A stretch of DNA of 64,000 bases, taken from the IMG/VR virus record IMGVR_UViG_3300029288_000056, positions 96,001-160,000 of that record. One strand, 5' to 3'. The notes below the pieces were generated by a model, which searched no databases, was not told the origin of the DNA, and worked only from the letters and a program-made list of their open reading frames with translations. The DNA is from a virus. Lineage: Duplodnaviria > Caudoviricetes. Position numbers and translations under genes: made by a program. Below, piece after piece: positions 53,998 through 62,422 of the stretch; the first letter of the stretch is position 1, and each line of letters begins with the position of its first letter.

Positions 53998-54232
53998 TGT
54001 TATCCTTTATTTCTCTTAATAAATAGCGCAGTCTTTTTATATCTTCTTCGGAAAACATATATAATTCAAAATCATTAAAATCGTCTTTGTTGTTTAATTC
54101 TAATGTTACATATTCAACATCACTGTCTTCTTTATCACGAACTACACCAATATATAATTGACGATCACCGCGATGCTTTTTAGCTTCAGTATCGCCACTA
54201 GTATTGCCACCAACAACTTCCATTTGATCCAT
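53975..54232 (-). CDS. Hypothetical protein (IGVVRD family, copy 2)
   Basis: IGVVRDKED...DIKRLRYLLRE. Confidence 0.7.
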   Translation of the reverse strand: MDQMEVVGGNTSGDTEAKKHRGDRQLYIGVVRDKEDSDVEYVTLELNNKDDFNDFELYMFSEEDIKRLRYLLREIKDNNAHTTEK

Positions 54233-54233
54233 C

Positions 54234-54770
54234 TTAAATCTTCTTCCCGTGCCGATAAGGGCGCGTTTTGTTGTAGTCCATTTTAAGCCTCAAGGCCTCT
54301 TCTAACTTGATGCCGTTCACCATACAATACCCGTCCACGACCTTAACAATCATCATTAGGAAGTAGGCGTTAAAAACGGCTAAATTCGAAATCTTCTTAT
54401 GTAGCTCTTTGCATAGTGCAGAGAAGGTTGGAGGGATGGGTGCAAGAATGGTCTTCTTTATTAACGGTCTCTCCACGAAAGAGTACAGCAATCCCGGGTT
54501 GTCTTTGTAGATATCCCCCAAAAGATCGAATATTCTAACAAGTAGGTCCGCAAGTTCGACAGGGATTCCCTCGGGCTTCGGATTGTCATCTTTGTAATAA
54601 ACCAAGTCTAAGGGCTTGTGAGCGCGATACTCTTCAAAGGCTTCAGAAACCTCACTATGAAAAAGACAGATCAATTCGTCTTCTGCGCGAGGCTCGTCCC
54701 ACCATCCATGCTCGACTGCGGTTTGGTGGCACTCACTAATTAGTTGCTTATAGTCCATACTTCTCCTCAT
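54234..54770 (-). CDS. MazG-like NTP pyrophosphohydrolase
   Basis: HGWW, HSEVSEAFEEYR, ELADLLVRIFD, KMDYNKTRPYRHGK. Confidence 0.85.
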   Translation of the reverse strand: MRRSMDYKQLISECHQTAVEHGWWDEPRAEDELICLFHSEVSEAFEEYRAHKPLDLVYYKDDNPKPEGIPVELADLLVRIFDLLGDIYKDNPGLLYSFVERPLIKKTILAPIPPTFSALCKELHKKISNLAVFNAYFLMMIVKVVDGYCMVNGIKLEEALRLKMDYNKTRPYRHGKKI

Positions 54771-54969
54771 AAGACTTAATGGTCTTTTTTGCTTCCTCTA
54801 GCTCGTTGTAAAGGCGATTAAGTTCTTGAATCGCCTTATTACCGTCGCGATACCAGCTGCGATCTTCCGGCTCAGTTAAGACACACTCCCAGCCGTCTGG
54901 TCCTTTTAATATAGAATATTCACTGAAATACTCAGGATCACCATCAGCGATATAATATGCTTGTTCCAT
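54748..54969 (-). CDS. Hypothetical protein
   Basis: GGAGG RBS. Confidence 0.7.
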   Translation of the reverse strand: MEQAYYIADGDPEYFSEYSILKGPDGWECVLTEPEDRSWYRDGNKAIQELNRLYNELEEAKKTIKSYEEKYGL

Positions 54970-54977
54970 ACTTCCTC

Positions 54978-56408
54978 CTAATATCCTACTACACGGTTAT
55001 CCGAGCTCTTGAGCTCTCGTAGTGCGTTACGCACTTCTTCTACTTTGATCTTTTTGTTGTTATGCTTAATACTGTCGATGATGGCGGTATGTGCTACTTC
55101 TCTCACCATGGCTCCAGAGAGCTTAGTTTCTCTCATTATCTCTTCAGACACCTTCTCTAACTCTTCTGGAGACAGATCGAAATTGCGCAAATTCTTAAGT
55201 AGTATGTACTTAACACCTTCAAGATCTGGCTTGTTTATCTTGATCACACGGTCAAAGCGGCCCGGTCTCTGGCTGAGAGCGGATTCGATAAGCTCCAGTC
55301 TGTTAGTAGACGCAACTAGTGTATAGTCGGAATGTCTTCTAGCGCCATCCAGCTCCCCAAGAAGTTTACCTAAAATCGTGCTTCCAACATTTATATCACG
55401 GTCCAACATTATCATGTCGGCGTCGTCCCAAACTACAAGAACGGGAGAGAGGATATCTATAATTTCAAAGATAGCATCAATATCCACTCTGCTGCCTCGT
55501 GGATATATAACTAGAGTCTTAATGTTCTCGTCGTACGCGCTCTTGATAAGGTACTTTACCGTCATCGTTTTTCCGTTGCCGGGATCCCCATACATCAAGA
55601 TCTTACGTCCATTGTCGATACCCTTTTTCTTACACTTCTCACGGTTTTTAAGGAAGAATATCGTATTGCTGTAAATCATATCCATGGTCTTCTTGCTTAT
55701 GTACAGGGCGTCCTTGTCAATGAGTTGAACCTTGTCCATAAACTCAAGAGGGCTAGCGTACCCGCCGCCAAACGAAAGAACCGCGTTCCATATGGGGTTC
55801 TTTCCATAAAACTTCTTGATTTCCTCAAGCAGTTCTAAAGCGTCTACCGTGCTATCAGAAAAAATAATAACTTCCAAATCTCCGTCGCTATTAATTAACG
55901 TGCCGAGAACAAACAGCTTCTTGTTCCACTTTATTTTATTCAAAGTGAACGCCTTGAAGATGTGTCCCCCTGCAACCTCGTCACTGCCGGAAAAATCCAG
56001 TGATAATAGAGTGTCCGAGACTCTAGCGTCCTCGTGTTCTACAGTTTCTAAGAAGTCTTGTAAAGCTACCAAGAATAGATGATGGCAATATGCTGAGATT
56101 TCTTCGTTGTAATATTCGTATTCATGGTCTTTCTCTAGAAAACCGTGCTCTTGAAGCATTTCTATACAACGGTCTTCCCAGCGCGGACGTGGAGGTTTTG
56201 TTTGCCCCCATGTCTCATAAATAACTGCCTTAAAATACTCAGCAGCGTATTTAATCAAATTCTCAATGTTTGGTTGTGGTGGCATTTCTGGGTACAAAGA
56301 TTCATCCACAACTTCTAACTCTTCTTCGTCGTAGTCATCTCTAGTTGGTCTTCTCGACATAAGTTTCTTCAACCCCTTCGGTTTGTTGGGCGTACAATTA
56401 AGCTTCAT
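54978..56408 (-). CDS. AAA+ ATPase (paralog 2)
   Basis: GDPGNGKT, WDDAD, STNR...RPGRFD. Confidence 0.9.
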   Translation of the reverse strand: MKLNCTPNKPKGLKKLMSRRPTRDDYDEEELEVVDESLYPEMPPQPNIENLIKYAAEYFKAVIYETWGQTKPPRPRWEDRCIEMLQEHGFLEKDHEYEYYNEEISAYCHHLFLVALQDFLETVEHEDARVSDTLLSLDFSGSDEVAGGHIFKAFTLNKIKWNKKLFVLGTLINSDGDLEVIIFSDSTVDALELLEEIKKFYGKNPIWNAVLSFGGGYASPLEFMDKVQLIDKDALYISKKTMDMIYSNTIFFLKNREKCKKKGIDNGRKILMYGDPGNGKTMTVKYLIKSAYDENIKTLVIYPRGSRVDIDAIFEIIDILSPVLVVWDDADMIMLDRDINVGSTILGKLLGELDGARRHSDYTLVASTNRLELIESALSQRPGRFDRVIKINKPDLEGVKYILLKNLRNFDLSPEELEKVSEEIMRETKLSGAMVREVAHTAIIDSIKHNNKKIKVEEVRNALRELKSSDNRVVGY

Positions 56409-56985
56409 TTTTAAGTGTCTCCGCTCTAGCTATCGATTTAAGATCGTCATAGGCGATTCTAAAATCATCGTTCACTATTATATAGTTGCACTTCTGTGAA
56501 TACTCAAGCTCTTGTTCTACTGCCTTAAGGCGATTTTCAACTATATTATCAGTGTCGCCCCGTTTTTTCATTCTACTTCGCAAAGCCTCAGTGGTTGGTG
56601 TCCTAACAAAAACCGACACCGCTCTCTGTATTTGCTCCACATACTTTGGCGCACCTTGTGTGTCCCTCACGATAATGGCTGGTGCAGCAACTTCTAAATC
56701 GGACTTTAATGTGCCGTAGTAGTTATTCGCGTAAAGCATCCATTCAAAAAACAGATCGATATTTTGTTTGAAGTCTTCAGGTAAGATGAACCTGTACTCG
56801 CTCCGATCGTCCACTCTTGGCTCTCTTGTCGTTATGCTTTTTGGATTGCACCAAACCGGGTGCTCCAATAGAAACCGTCTCACGAGAGTCGTCTTGCCGC
56901 TACCACTACAACCCGTTACCACGATGAGGGGGCTGTTACGTCTTAGCATGAGGATTATCAAATTCTTCCGCGGTGCAAATCTCAT
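56398..56985 (-). CDS. gmk: Guanylate kinase
   Basis: GCSGSGKTT, SITTREPR, NYYGT, RMKKRGD, IIVND. Confidence 0.88.
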   Translation of the reverse strand: MRFAPRKNLIILMLRRNSPLIVVTGCSGSGKTTLVRRFLLEHPVWCNPKSITTREPRVDDRSEYRFILPEDFKQNIDLFFEWMLYANNYYGTLKSDLEVAAPAIIVRDTQGAPKYVEQIQRAVSVFVRTPTTEALRSRMKKRGDTDNIVENRLKAVEQELEYSQKCNYIIVNDDFRIAYDDLKSIARAETLKNEA

Positions 56986-57241
56986 GCTCCACTGCGTAAT
57001 CCCTAAAAGCTTTTTGTGCGTCTTCCTCTAAACCGGAATCTTGTAGGTGTTTCAGTATTGTTCTAAATATTATCAAAGTTTCAAGCCGTATAACGGCTTC
57101 TATACCAACAACATACTGATTAACAACGTCTTCAAAATACCTATAGCTCATCGCATAAGACTGTCCATCATCGAGAAACAGTTGAACTATCAGGTCCCTC
57201 GTTTTGTTCTCTAAAGGTACGTCGCTAACTACTACTTGCAT
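56936..57241 (-). CDS. Hypothetical protein (tandem paralog A)
   Basis: MQVVVSD...LIVQL...FRDYAVEHEI. Confidence 0.7.
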   Translation of the reverse strand: MQVVVSDVPLENKTRDLIVQLFLDDGQSYAMSYRYFEDVVNQYVVGIEAVIRLETLIIFRTILKHLQDSGLEEDAQKAFRDYAVEHEICTAEEFDNPHAKT

Positions 57242-57573
57242 TTTGAATCCCCATCAAACATACGGGTTTTAAAATTTAAACACTTCTCAATTTCCTTCTC
57301 TGTTCCGATTCTATGATCTAAAATATATACCCTAAACGTTTCGTACGCTATGTCCACCCTATTAAAATGAGTACTTCTTAGATATGCCATAATCAATCCG
57401 CTTAGATGCATAATCGTCACATTCTTAAGGGCCTTAATCTTCTTTTTATCATCTTCACCAGCTGTCGAGTATATACCACCTAACTGGTATTTAAAGCTAT
57501 TTTCAGACACCTCAAGACTCACTATAAGCCTCTTGTCTTTGCCCTTCTTTGAGTCTGTGACCACTACCCGCAT
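57232..57573 (-). CDS. Hypothetical protein (tandem paralog B)
   Basis: Start moved to ATG at 57573; MRVVVTD...LIVSL...FRVYILDHRI. Confidence 0.7.
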   Translation of the reverse strand: MRVVVTDSKKGKDKRLIVSLEVSENSFKYQLGGIYSTAGEDDKKKIKALKNVTIMHLSGLIMAYLRSTHFNRVDIAYETFRVYILDHRIGTEKEIEKCLNFKTRMFDGDSKCK

Positions 57574-57929
57574 TAGTCTCTCTTTATGTTGAACGGAACA
57601 TAGTCTATGCAGTACTCGGTGTCCCAAATGTGGCCCTTAGAACACGATGGAAGTAAGAAAGCATTATCGTCAGTGTCTAAGATTCGTTGCGTGCATAAAT
57701 TACAGTAAGACTTTTCAATCTCTTTCTCCTCGAGCCCGGGAACCGACTCCCCATCCCTAACCCGTGCCATAACATAGTCGGATATAGCCACACAGATATT
57801 TTGTGCTGTCTCTTCTGGTGTCCTTCCGTGAGTGTGTAGCTCCTCAATGCCGGGAACATAAGCTCGGTATTCCGCCTTACCTCCGTTTTCCACTATAATG
57901 GCGTTGATGTTAAATAAATAGGCTTTCAA
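57573..57929 (-). CDS. HicB-like antitoxin-domain protein with Cys-rich tail
   Basis: YRAYVPGI..LHTHGRTPEETAQNI..AI......GESVP. Confidence 0.75.
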   Translation of the reverse strand: MKAYLFNINAIIVENGGKAEYRAYVPGIEELHTHGRTPEETAQNICVAISDYVMARVRDGESVPGLEEKEIEKSYCNLCTQRILDTDDNAFLLPSCSKGHIWDTEYCIDYVPFNIKRD

Positions 57930-59632
57930 AATAGTTTTCCTTGTTTTTTATAAGGTTCTAATCTCTTGTTAATAATCTCAATATACTCAGGGTTGAGTTC
58001 GTAGCCGAGGTAGGATCTACCCAGTAGTAACGCCGTTAACGCACTAGTACCTGCACCCATGAAAGGATCAAACACTATACCGCGGCGTATTTCTCCGTTG
58101 CATTCGCAGGTCGGTCTGAATCCTACCGTCACGTGCTTAGTCGCAAAAGGCTTAGGCCCGGTTGCGTTATCATCATCGCCGTACAATCCGTCTTGCGCAC
58201 TGTTGTACAGCTCTTCGGCCTCTCTCTTAACGATCCTCACATGAGGCGCGCCGCAAACTGCACAAACGTTCTCGGGACAGGTCGCCAAGATACATGGGGC
58301 GATCAACTCAATTGGGTAGGTGGCAAAGTGTGAACCCTCAAAGTTAGCCGTAGCAACATTCCACACGTCCGCCTTATTGGTTGAACTCATTCCTAAAATC
58401 TCGTACATGAAATTGAGGAATCTTGTCAACCCCTCGTCTCCACCGGGAAAAGATCCGTCAGCAAAGTATCTTAGTATCTTAGTCTGTAAATCGGTTGTAG
58501 ACCAAACTGACCACTTGTTGTGGCCAGAAGGATTCTCAGCTTTAATCAGGCTAGTCTTTCCAGTATTACGAGACACTGGCAACGTACCCTCGCCATCAAC
58601 CCTTATCGCTTCGCTGTCAAAGTAATAGTCGTGACCTTCCCAAAGATTGAAGCGTTTCCATTCCTTAACTCTTACGCCGCAACTTTCCACGTAAGAAGTT
58701 TTCCAATCTGCCGGTTCCTCTTTACTCTCGTATCCGTTTGCGCTAATCCAGACATACTCAGGTTCTTGCTGTCTGTAGGTCCCCAGCTTGTCTCTGTGCG
58801 TGTAGAACAACGGCGTGCCTGCATGTTTCGTAAACTGAAAAATGTACTCGTGAGACTTTGTACATCTGTTAGTTACGCTTTCCGGCATCGGGGTGATCTT
58901 GCTCCAAATAACGTCACTTCTCAACCACCAACCCTGTCGGAAAATCTCATGTCCCGCCGCTTGTTCACACTCGGGGCAAATTAGTCTGCCGTCTGGGTAC
59001 TTACCCCACTTCATTTGGTGGGCCACATTTCCACAACCTACGCATCTAAGAAAAGGTTGCTGAAGCGCTAATGCGAGTCTCCACGGAACACCGCAAAGAT
59101 CTCCCTTTTTAAGGCCGGGGGTCTCGACGGGGTGAGTTCTACCCTCTAATGTCGTTCCCTGCCCATACTGACAAATCCTATTCGTATCTGTGCGGCCAAC
59201 TACGTTGTTTCCAGCATAGGTATCCCCGATGTTTAACCAAAAGACGCCGTCTTTTCGAAGTATGCGCCAACACTCACTAAAGACTTGGACCATGTGATGC
59301 ACGTACTCTTCGGGAGTGTGCTCAAGACCGAGTTGTTCATCAACTCTCTTGGCGCCACACTTGGGGCAAACAAACAACGCGCCTACGCCTATCGACCCAA
59401 TGTTACCAGATTGAATCGGTGACATCTTTTCTGGATCGTACAGACTGGTCTTATGTATACAGTTAGGGTCTCCACCTTCCCAAGTTGCAGTCCCGTAGTC
59501 CCGCAAGCTCCAGTAGGGTGGTGAAGTAACGATACAGTTTACAGTCTCGTCTGGAATATCTCCGAATCCGTTCAAAACGTTACCTTGAAAAACTTTGTTA
59601 GTCTCCAATTTACCTCGCAGTCCATGCGTCAC
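57926..59632 (-). CDS. DNA N4-cytosine/N6-adenine methyltransferase (beta class) with zinc-ribbon insertions
   Basis: VTSPPYW catalytic motif, HFATYP, FDPFMGAGT SAM motif, ELNPEY. Confidence 0.92.
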   Translation of the reverse strand: MTHGLRGKLETNKVFQGNVLNGFGDIPDETVNCIVTSPPYWSLRDYGTATWEGGDPNCIHKTSLYDPEKMSPIQSGNIGSIGVGALFVCPKCGAKRVDEQLGLEHTPEEYVHHMVQVFSECWRILRKDGVFWLNIGDTYAGNNVVGRTDTNRICQYGQGTTLEGRTHPVETPGLKKGDLCGVPWRLALALQQPFLRCVGCGNVAHQMKWGKYPDGRLICPECEQAAGHEIFRQGWWLRSDVIWSKITPMPESVTNRCTKSHEYIFQFTKHAGTPLFYTHRDKLGTYRQQEPEYVWISANGYESKEEPADWKTSYVESCGVRVKEWKRFNLWEGHDYYFDSEAIRVDGEGTLPVSRNTGKTSLIKAENPSGHNKWSVWSTTDLQTKILRYFADGSFPGGDEGLTRFLNFMYEILGMSSTNKADVWNVATANFEGSHFATYPIELIAPCILATCPENVCAVCGAPHVRIVKREAEELYNSAQDGLYGDDDNATGPKPFATKHVTVGFRPTCECNGEIRRGIVFDPFMGAGTSALTALLLGRSYLGYELNPEYIEIINKRLEPYKKQGKLF

Positions 59633-59831
59633 AAATATAATAAATATCCCCGTTTAATTCTAAGTCTCTTCCTATTCTAGGAACGCGGCATTGTATAGTG
59701 GTGTCCAACTCACAGGTCCACGGAGGGACCTCGGTCTTACCCTGTTTTACGTCCTCGTCCCAACCCTCACGAACAACCCAATGTCCGCAGTTTCCGCAGT
59801 GCTCAAGTTTTACATAGCGATAGTTGTGCAT
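59610..59831 (-). CDS. Small Cys-rich protein
   Basis: CGNCGHW...ICDAW. Confidence 0.65.
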   Translation of the reverse strand: MHNYRYVKLEHCGNCGHWVVREGWDEDVKQGKTEVPPWTCELDTTIQCRVPRIGRDLELNGDIYYICDAWTAR

Positions 59832-59848
59832 ACTCTCTATAACAAAAT

Positions 59849-60205
59849 TTACTCACCCGTGTCCCCTACCCAACGGCCATTCTCGTCTTTAACTTCTACT
59901 TTAATCTTAGTCATCTGTTCGTCAACTTCTTTTTCAATGTCTTTCAGAGTACCCATTCGTCTTGAGGCTTCGACTCTCAACCAAGCCTTGAAGGCCGGAG
60001 TCTGTGCCATTCGTTTGAAGGCGAGTCTCCTATTCTGCATCTGAGTTCGCTCGTCCTCAGCCTGTCCGCTCGCACCGCTGGGTTCGTGAATACAAACAAC
60101 AGCGGTCTCAACTTTGTTTCTGTTTTGACCGCCGGCTCCGGATCCGCGTTTAAATTCCCACTTACAATCTTTTTGGGTAACACTAAATAAAAGCTCTTTA
60201 CTCAA
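59849..60205 (-). CDS. Peptide chain release factor-like peptidyl-tRNA hydrolase (GGQ domain only)
   Basis: RGSGAGGQNRNKVETAV...HEPSG...ERTQMQNRRLA. Confidence 0.9.
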   Translation of the reverse strand: MSKELLFSVTQKDCKWEFKRGSGAGGQNRNKVETAVVCIHEPSGASGQAEDERTQMQNRRLAFKRMAQTPAFKAWLRVEASRRMGTLKDIEKEVDEQMTKIKVEVKDENGRWVGDTGE

Positions 60206-60659
60206 AATATGCTCCTTGCAATGAAGGGATGATTAGTTCAGGCTCTATCATATTAACCCACGGTTCGTCATTATTTTCAATTATTATATCGGCAAATTCT
60301 CTTTGCTTGAAGAAAATTTCACGAGCTAGCCATTCCCAAAAAGGTCTTTGATTGAATGGTATGAACAGCTTACCATCGTCTTTCTCTTCTATAACTTTCC
60401 TAAAAGGAAAACCCATCCAATATACATCATGTTTTCGTAAATCCATTGGTATGTAAACGATCTTATCGTAATGCGATATTCTTATACCATGTTCAAAACG
60501 CATGTGATCCTCATAAGTGGAGATAGTTGGCTTATGATCGAATAAAGCGAATATCTCGCCATAAACATACCACATCCACAGCCAATCCTTAATTATATTT
60601 AGTTTTCGCCCGGTGCTAAGTTCCATTAGTCCAACACATACTTCCAAGCGGCAGCCCAA
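60198..60659 (-). CDS. Hypothetical protein
   Basis: Likely start MELSTG. Confidence 0.65.
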   Translation of the reverse strand: MGCRLEVCVGLMELSTGRKLNIIKDWLWMWYVYGEIFALFDHKPTISTYEDHMRFEHGIRISHYDKIVYIPMDLRKHDVYWMGFPFRKVIEEKDDGKLFIPFNQRPFWEWLAREIFFKQREFADIIIENNDEPWVNMIEPELIIPSLQGAYFE

Positions 60660-60811
60660 GACTTTCTATGAGCCTCGTCAATTTCCTTAAACTTTTCGTC
60701 GAGTTGCTCATGCATGTAGTCGTGAAACGCCTGAACCTTTTCGGGTGTGTCTAAAATACCCTCTGCTTTTTCAAACTTATGGGTGACAATTAATTTTCTT
60801 TGTGTTTTCAT
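60626..60811 (-). CDS. Hypothetical protein
   Basis: Coupled ORF. Confidence 0.65.
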   Translation of the reverse strand: MKTQRKLIVTHKFEKAEGILDTPEKVQAFHDYMHEQLDEKFKEIDEAHRKSWAAAWKYVLD

Positions 60812-61149
60812 ATTTTTACCTCGTATATTTTAAGCCCAAGTTTTTGAGCAGTTAATAACATGTGTGCGCTTCCTCTACTGACACCGTTCCAAACTAAAAT
60901 AAGGGCCTCGGCATAATGCGCCATTTCTACATTTCTTATCAGGCCCGCCGCACGACCGAATTTGGCCCAATCAGCAGGGAACTCCTTAACCGGAATGCTG
61001 GCATCTATAGCCCATTTTCTACCTAGTTTGTCAACGCCTTCGGCCATGCCGCAGACTACCTCGGTGATTTCGAAACCAGATTTGAGGGTCGCATTACAAA
61101 CTACGCCAAAGTCCTTAATTGTGCGACTGCCTGCGATGATCGTTTTCAT
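60808..61149 (-). CDS. SLOG-family protein (YspA/DUF2493-like)
   Basis: IIAGSR, VVCGMAEGVD, FPADW..GRAAGLIRN, SRGSAHM. Confidence 0.85.
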   Translation of the reverse strand: MKTIIAGSRTIKDFGVVCNATLKSGFEITEVVCGMAEGVDKLGRKWAIDASIPVKEFPADWAKFGRAAGLIRNVEMAHYAEALILVWNGVSRGSAHMLLTAQKLGLKIYEVKI

Positions 61150-61634
61150 ACTCTTCCTCGTTCATATACGTCATTAATCCACCACATTATATGATTCATA
61201 GACTTCTCAAAACACTCGGGCGACGCGTCTAAACCGTGAAAGTCTACCCAGATAGTTCGCTGAATGTGGGGTTTGTCAAATTCATAGTGAATCTGTACCT
61301 TCCAAACACCATCTGAAAACAGAGAGGGAATATTTTTAATCGCTATTTTCAACAGCCTCGGTGAAAATCCTAAGCATAGGTGGCCATGACAGGATTCGGG
61401 TAGCGAACCAACCCTACCGTAGGTATCACCCTTCTTATGCCCAGTACACGATCCCATCGAAACTACCCCGTCGTAGCTGTTGATTTTAATCAGCCAAGGG
61501 ATGAGCTCTTCGTCCAATGAGTACGTTGCTTTCGCTTTGAGCTCTTTAGCTTGTGGAATGTCTTCTTCTAATCTTTTCTTTAACAGCCGTTGTAGCCATT
61601 TTGGTATCGCACCTGATTTAGTATAACTTTTCAT
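61146..61634 (-). CDS. Hypothetical protein, possible TYW3-like fold
   Basis: LDEELIP..KINS..GVVSMGSCTGH. Confidence 0.5.
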   Translation of the reverse strand: MKSYTKSGAIPKWLQRLLKKRLEEDIPQAKELKAKATYSLDEELIPWLIKINSYDGVVSMGSCTGHKKGDTYGRVGSLPESCHGHLCLGFSPRLLKIAIKNIPSLFSDGVWKVQIHYEFDKPHIQRTIWVDFHGLDASPECFEKSMNHIMWWINDVYERGRV

Positions 61635-61670
61635 CCGGTAATCCTCTCAACTTCTTCTTTACCTAACATT

Positions 61671-61741
61671 AGCCCATCAGAGGATTCGAACCCCCACAAA
61701 CTGAGTACGGATCAGTTATTCTACCATTAAATTAGACGGGC
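61671..61741 (-). tRNA. tRNA-Thr(CGT), C33 variant
   Basis: Cloverleaf, ACTGA-TCCGTAC-TCAGT. Confidence 0.85.
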
Positions 61742-61852
61742 GACTATCTATTCTCCAATAATACCTACCGTTTTCTTCCCAGTGAATCAAATAAAGATTG
61801 CGAACAAGATGATATGTTCGTAAAATTTTTGCCTCAATCATTTCCCTTTTGT

Positions 61853-62137
61853 CTAACAACAATATGTTCCCCAATCAATCTCAATAAACTTATTCAAATA
61901 AAATTTAAACGGTGCTGTTGTTAAGTATTGAACTAGCATTTCATTGATATTTATTGTTATAATCATTTCTTCGGTAGTTTTATCTATCCATTTATAAGCA
62001 ATTTCTCCGCCTAATCTTAAGATCTCACCATTAACTAAACAACAATTATCAAACCCTACATATACAACACATTGTCTTTTCATCTCCCACTTATGCGGAA
62101 GACAAAACCAATTAAACTGCTCTTGTGATGTAAACAT
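61853..62137 (-). CDS. Hypothetical protein
   Basis: ATG one base after the tRNA-Phe 3' end. Confidence 0.55.
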   Translation of the reverse strand: MFTSQEQFNWFCLPHKWEMKRQCVVYVGFDNCCLVNGEILRLGGEIAYKWIDKTTEEMIITININEMLVQYLTTAPFKFYLNKFIEIDWGTYCC

Positions 62138-62138
62138 T

Positions 62139-62209
62139 TGTCGGCCCCCAGAATCGCACTGAGATCTTCTGTGCTTCAGACAGATGTTCTTCTGTTGAAC
62201 CAGACCGAC
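62139..62209 (-). tRNA. tRNA-Phe(GAA), G55 variant
   Basis: Cloverleaf, TCTGT-CTGAAGC-ACAGA; T loop TGCGATT; D loop lacks GG. Confidence 0.8.
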
Positions 62210-62213
62210 TAAT

Positions 62214-62296
62214 TGTCAGAGGCGGGATTTGAACCCGCACGCCCTTTCGAGCGACAGAACCTCAGTCTGTTGCGGCTGCCATTACGCCACTCTGAC
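62214..62296 (-). tRNA. tRNA-Leu(GAG)
   Basis: Cloverleaf with long variable arm, ACAGA-CTGAGGT-TCTGT, A73. Confidence 0.9.
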
Positions 62297-62298
62297 AT

Positions 62299-62420
62299 TG
62301 GACACCAACAGGACTTTCACCTGCAATTGCTATTACTATGGCTCGCTCTCGCGTTTTACCATGTGTTCATAGTCGGAGCATTTACTTGACCCCGTGTTTT
62401 ATATTTTCACCATGGTGTCC
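62299..62420 (-). ncRNA. tRNA-like RNA (122 nt) with large structured insert
   Basis: GGACACCA/TGGTGTCC acceptor, GCAGG-TGAAAGT-CCTGT T arm, internal TGCT/AGCA and ACTATG/CATAGT helices. Confidence 0.6.
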
Positions 62421-62422
62421 TA

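Noticed and set aside
51914-54770. 2-aminoadenine (Z) genome pathway suggested by HD + MazG genes
   Set aside because: No PurZ in the window and both families are widespread; cannot be supported here.
57926-59632. Intein in the long methyltransferase
   Set aside because: The insertions are CxxC zinc ribbons; no intein splice-junction (HN-C/S/T) or LAGLIDADG motifs were seen.
12-61177. All plus-strand ORFs in the track
   Set aside because: They are antisense shadows of coupled minus-strand genes, with no RBS and no recognisable motifs.
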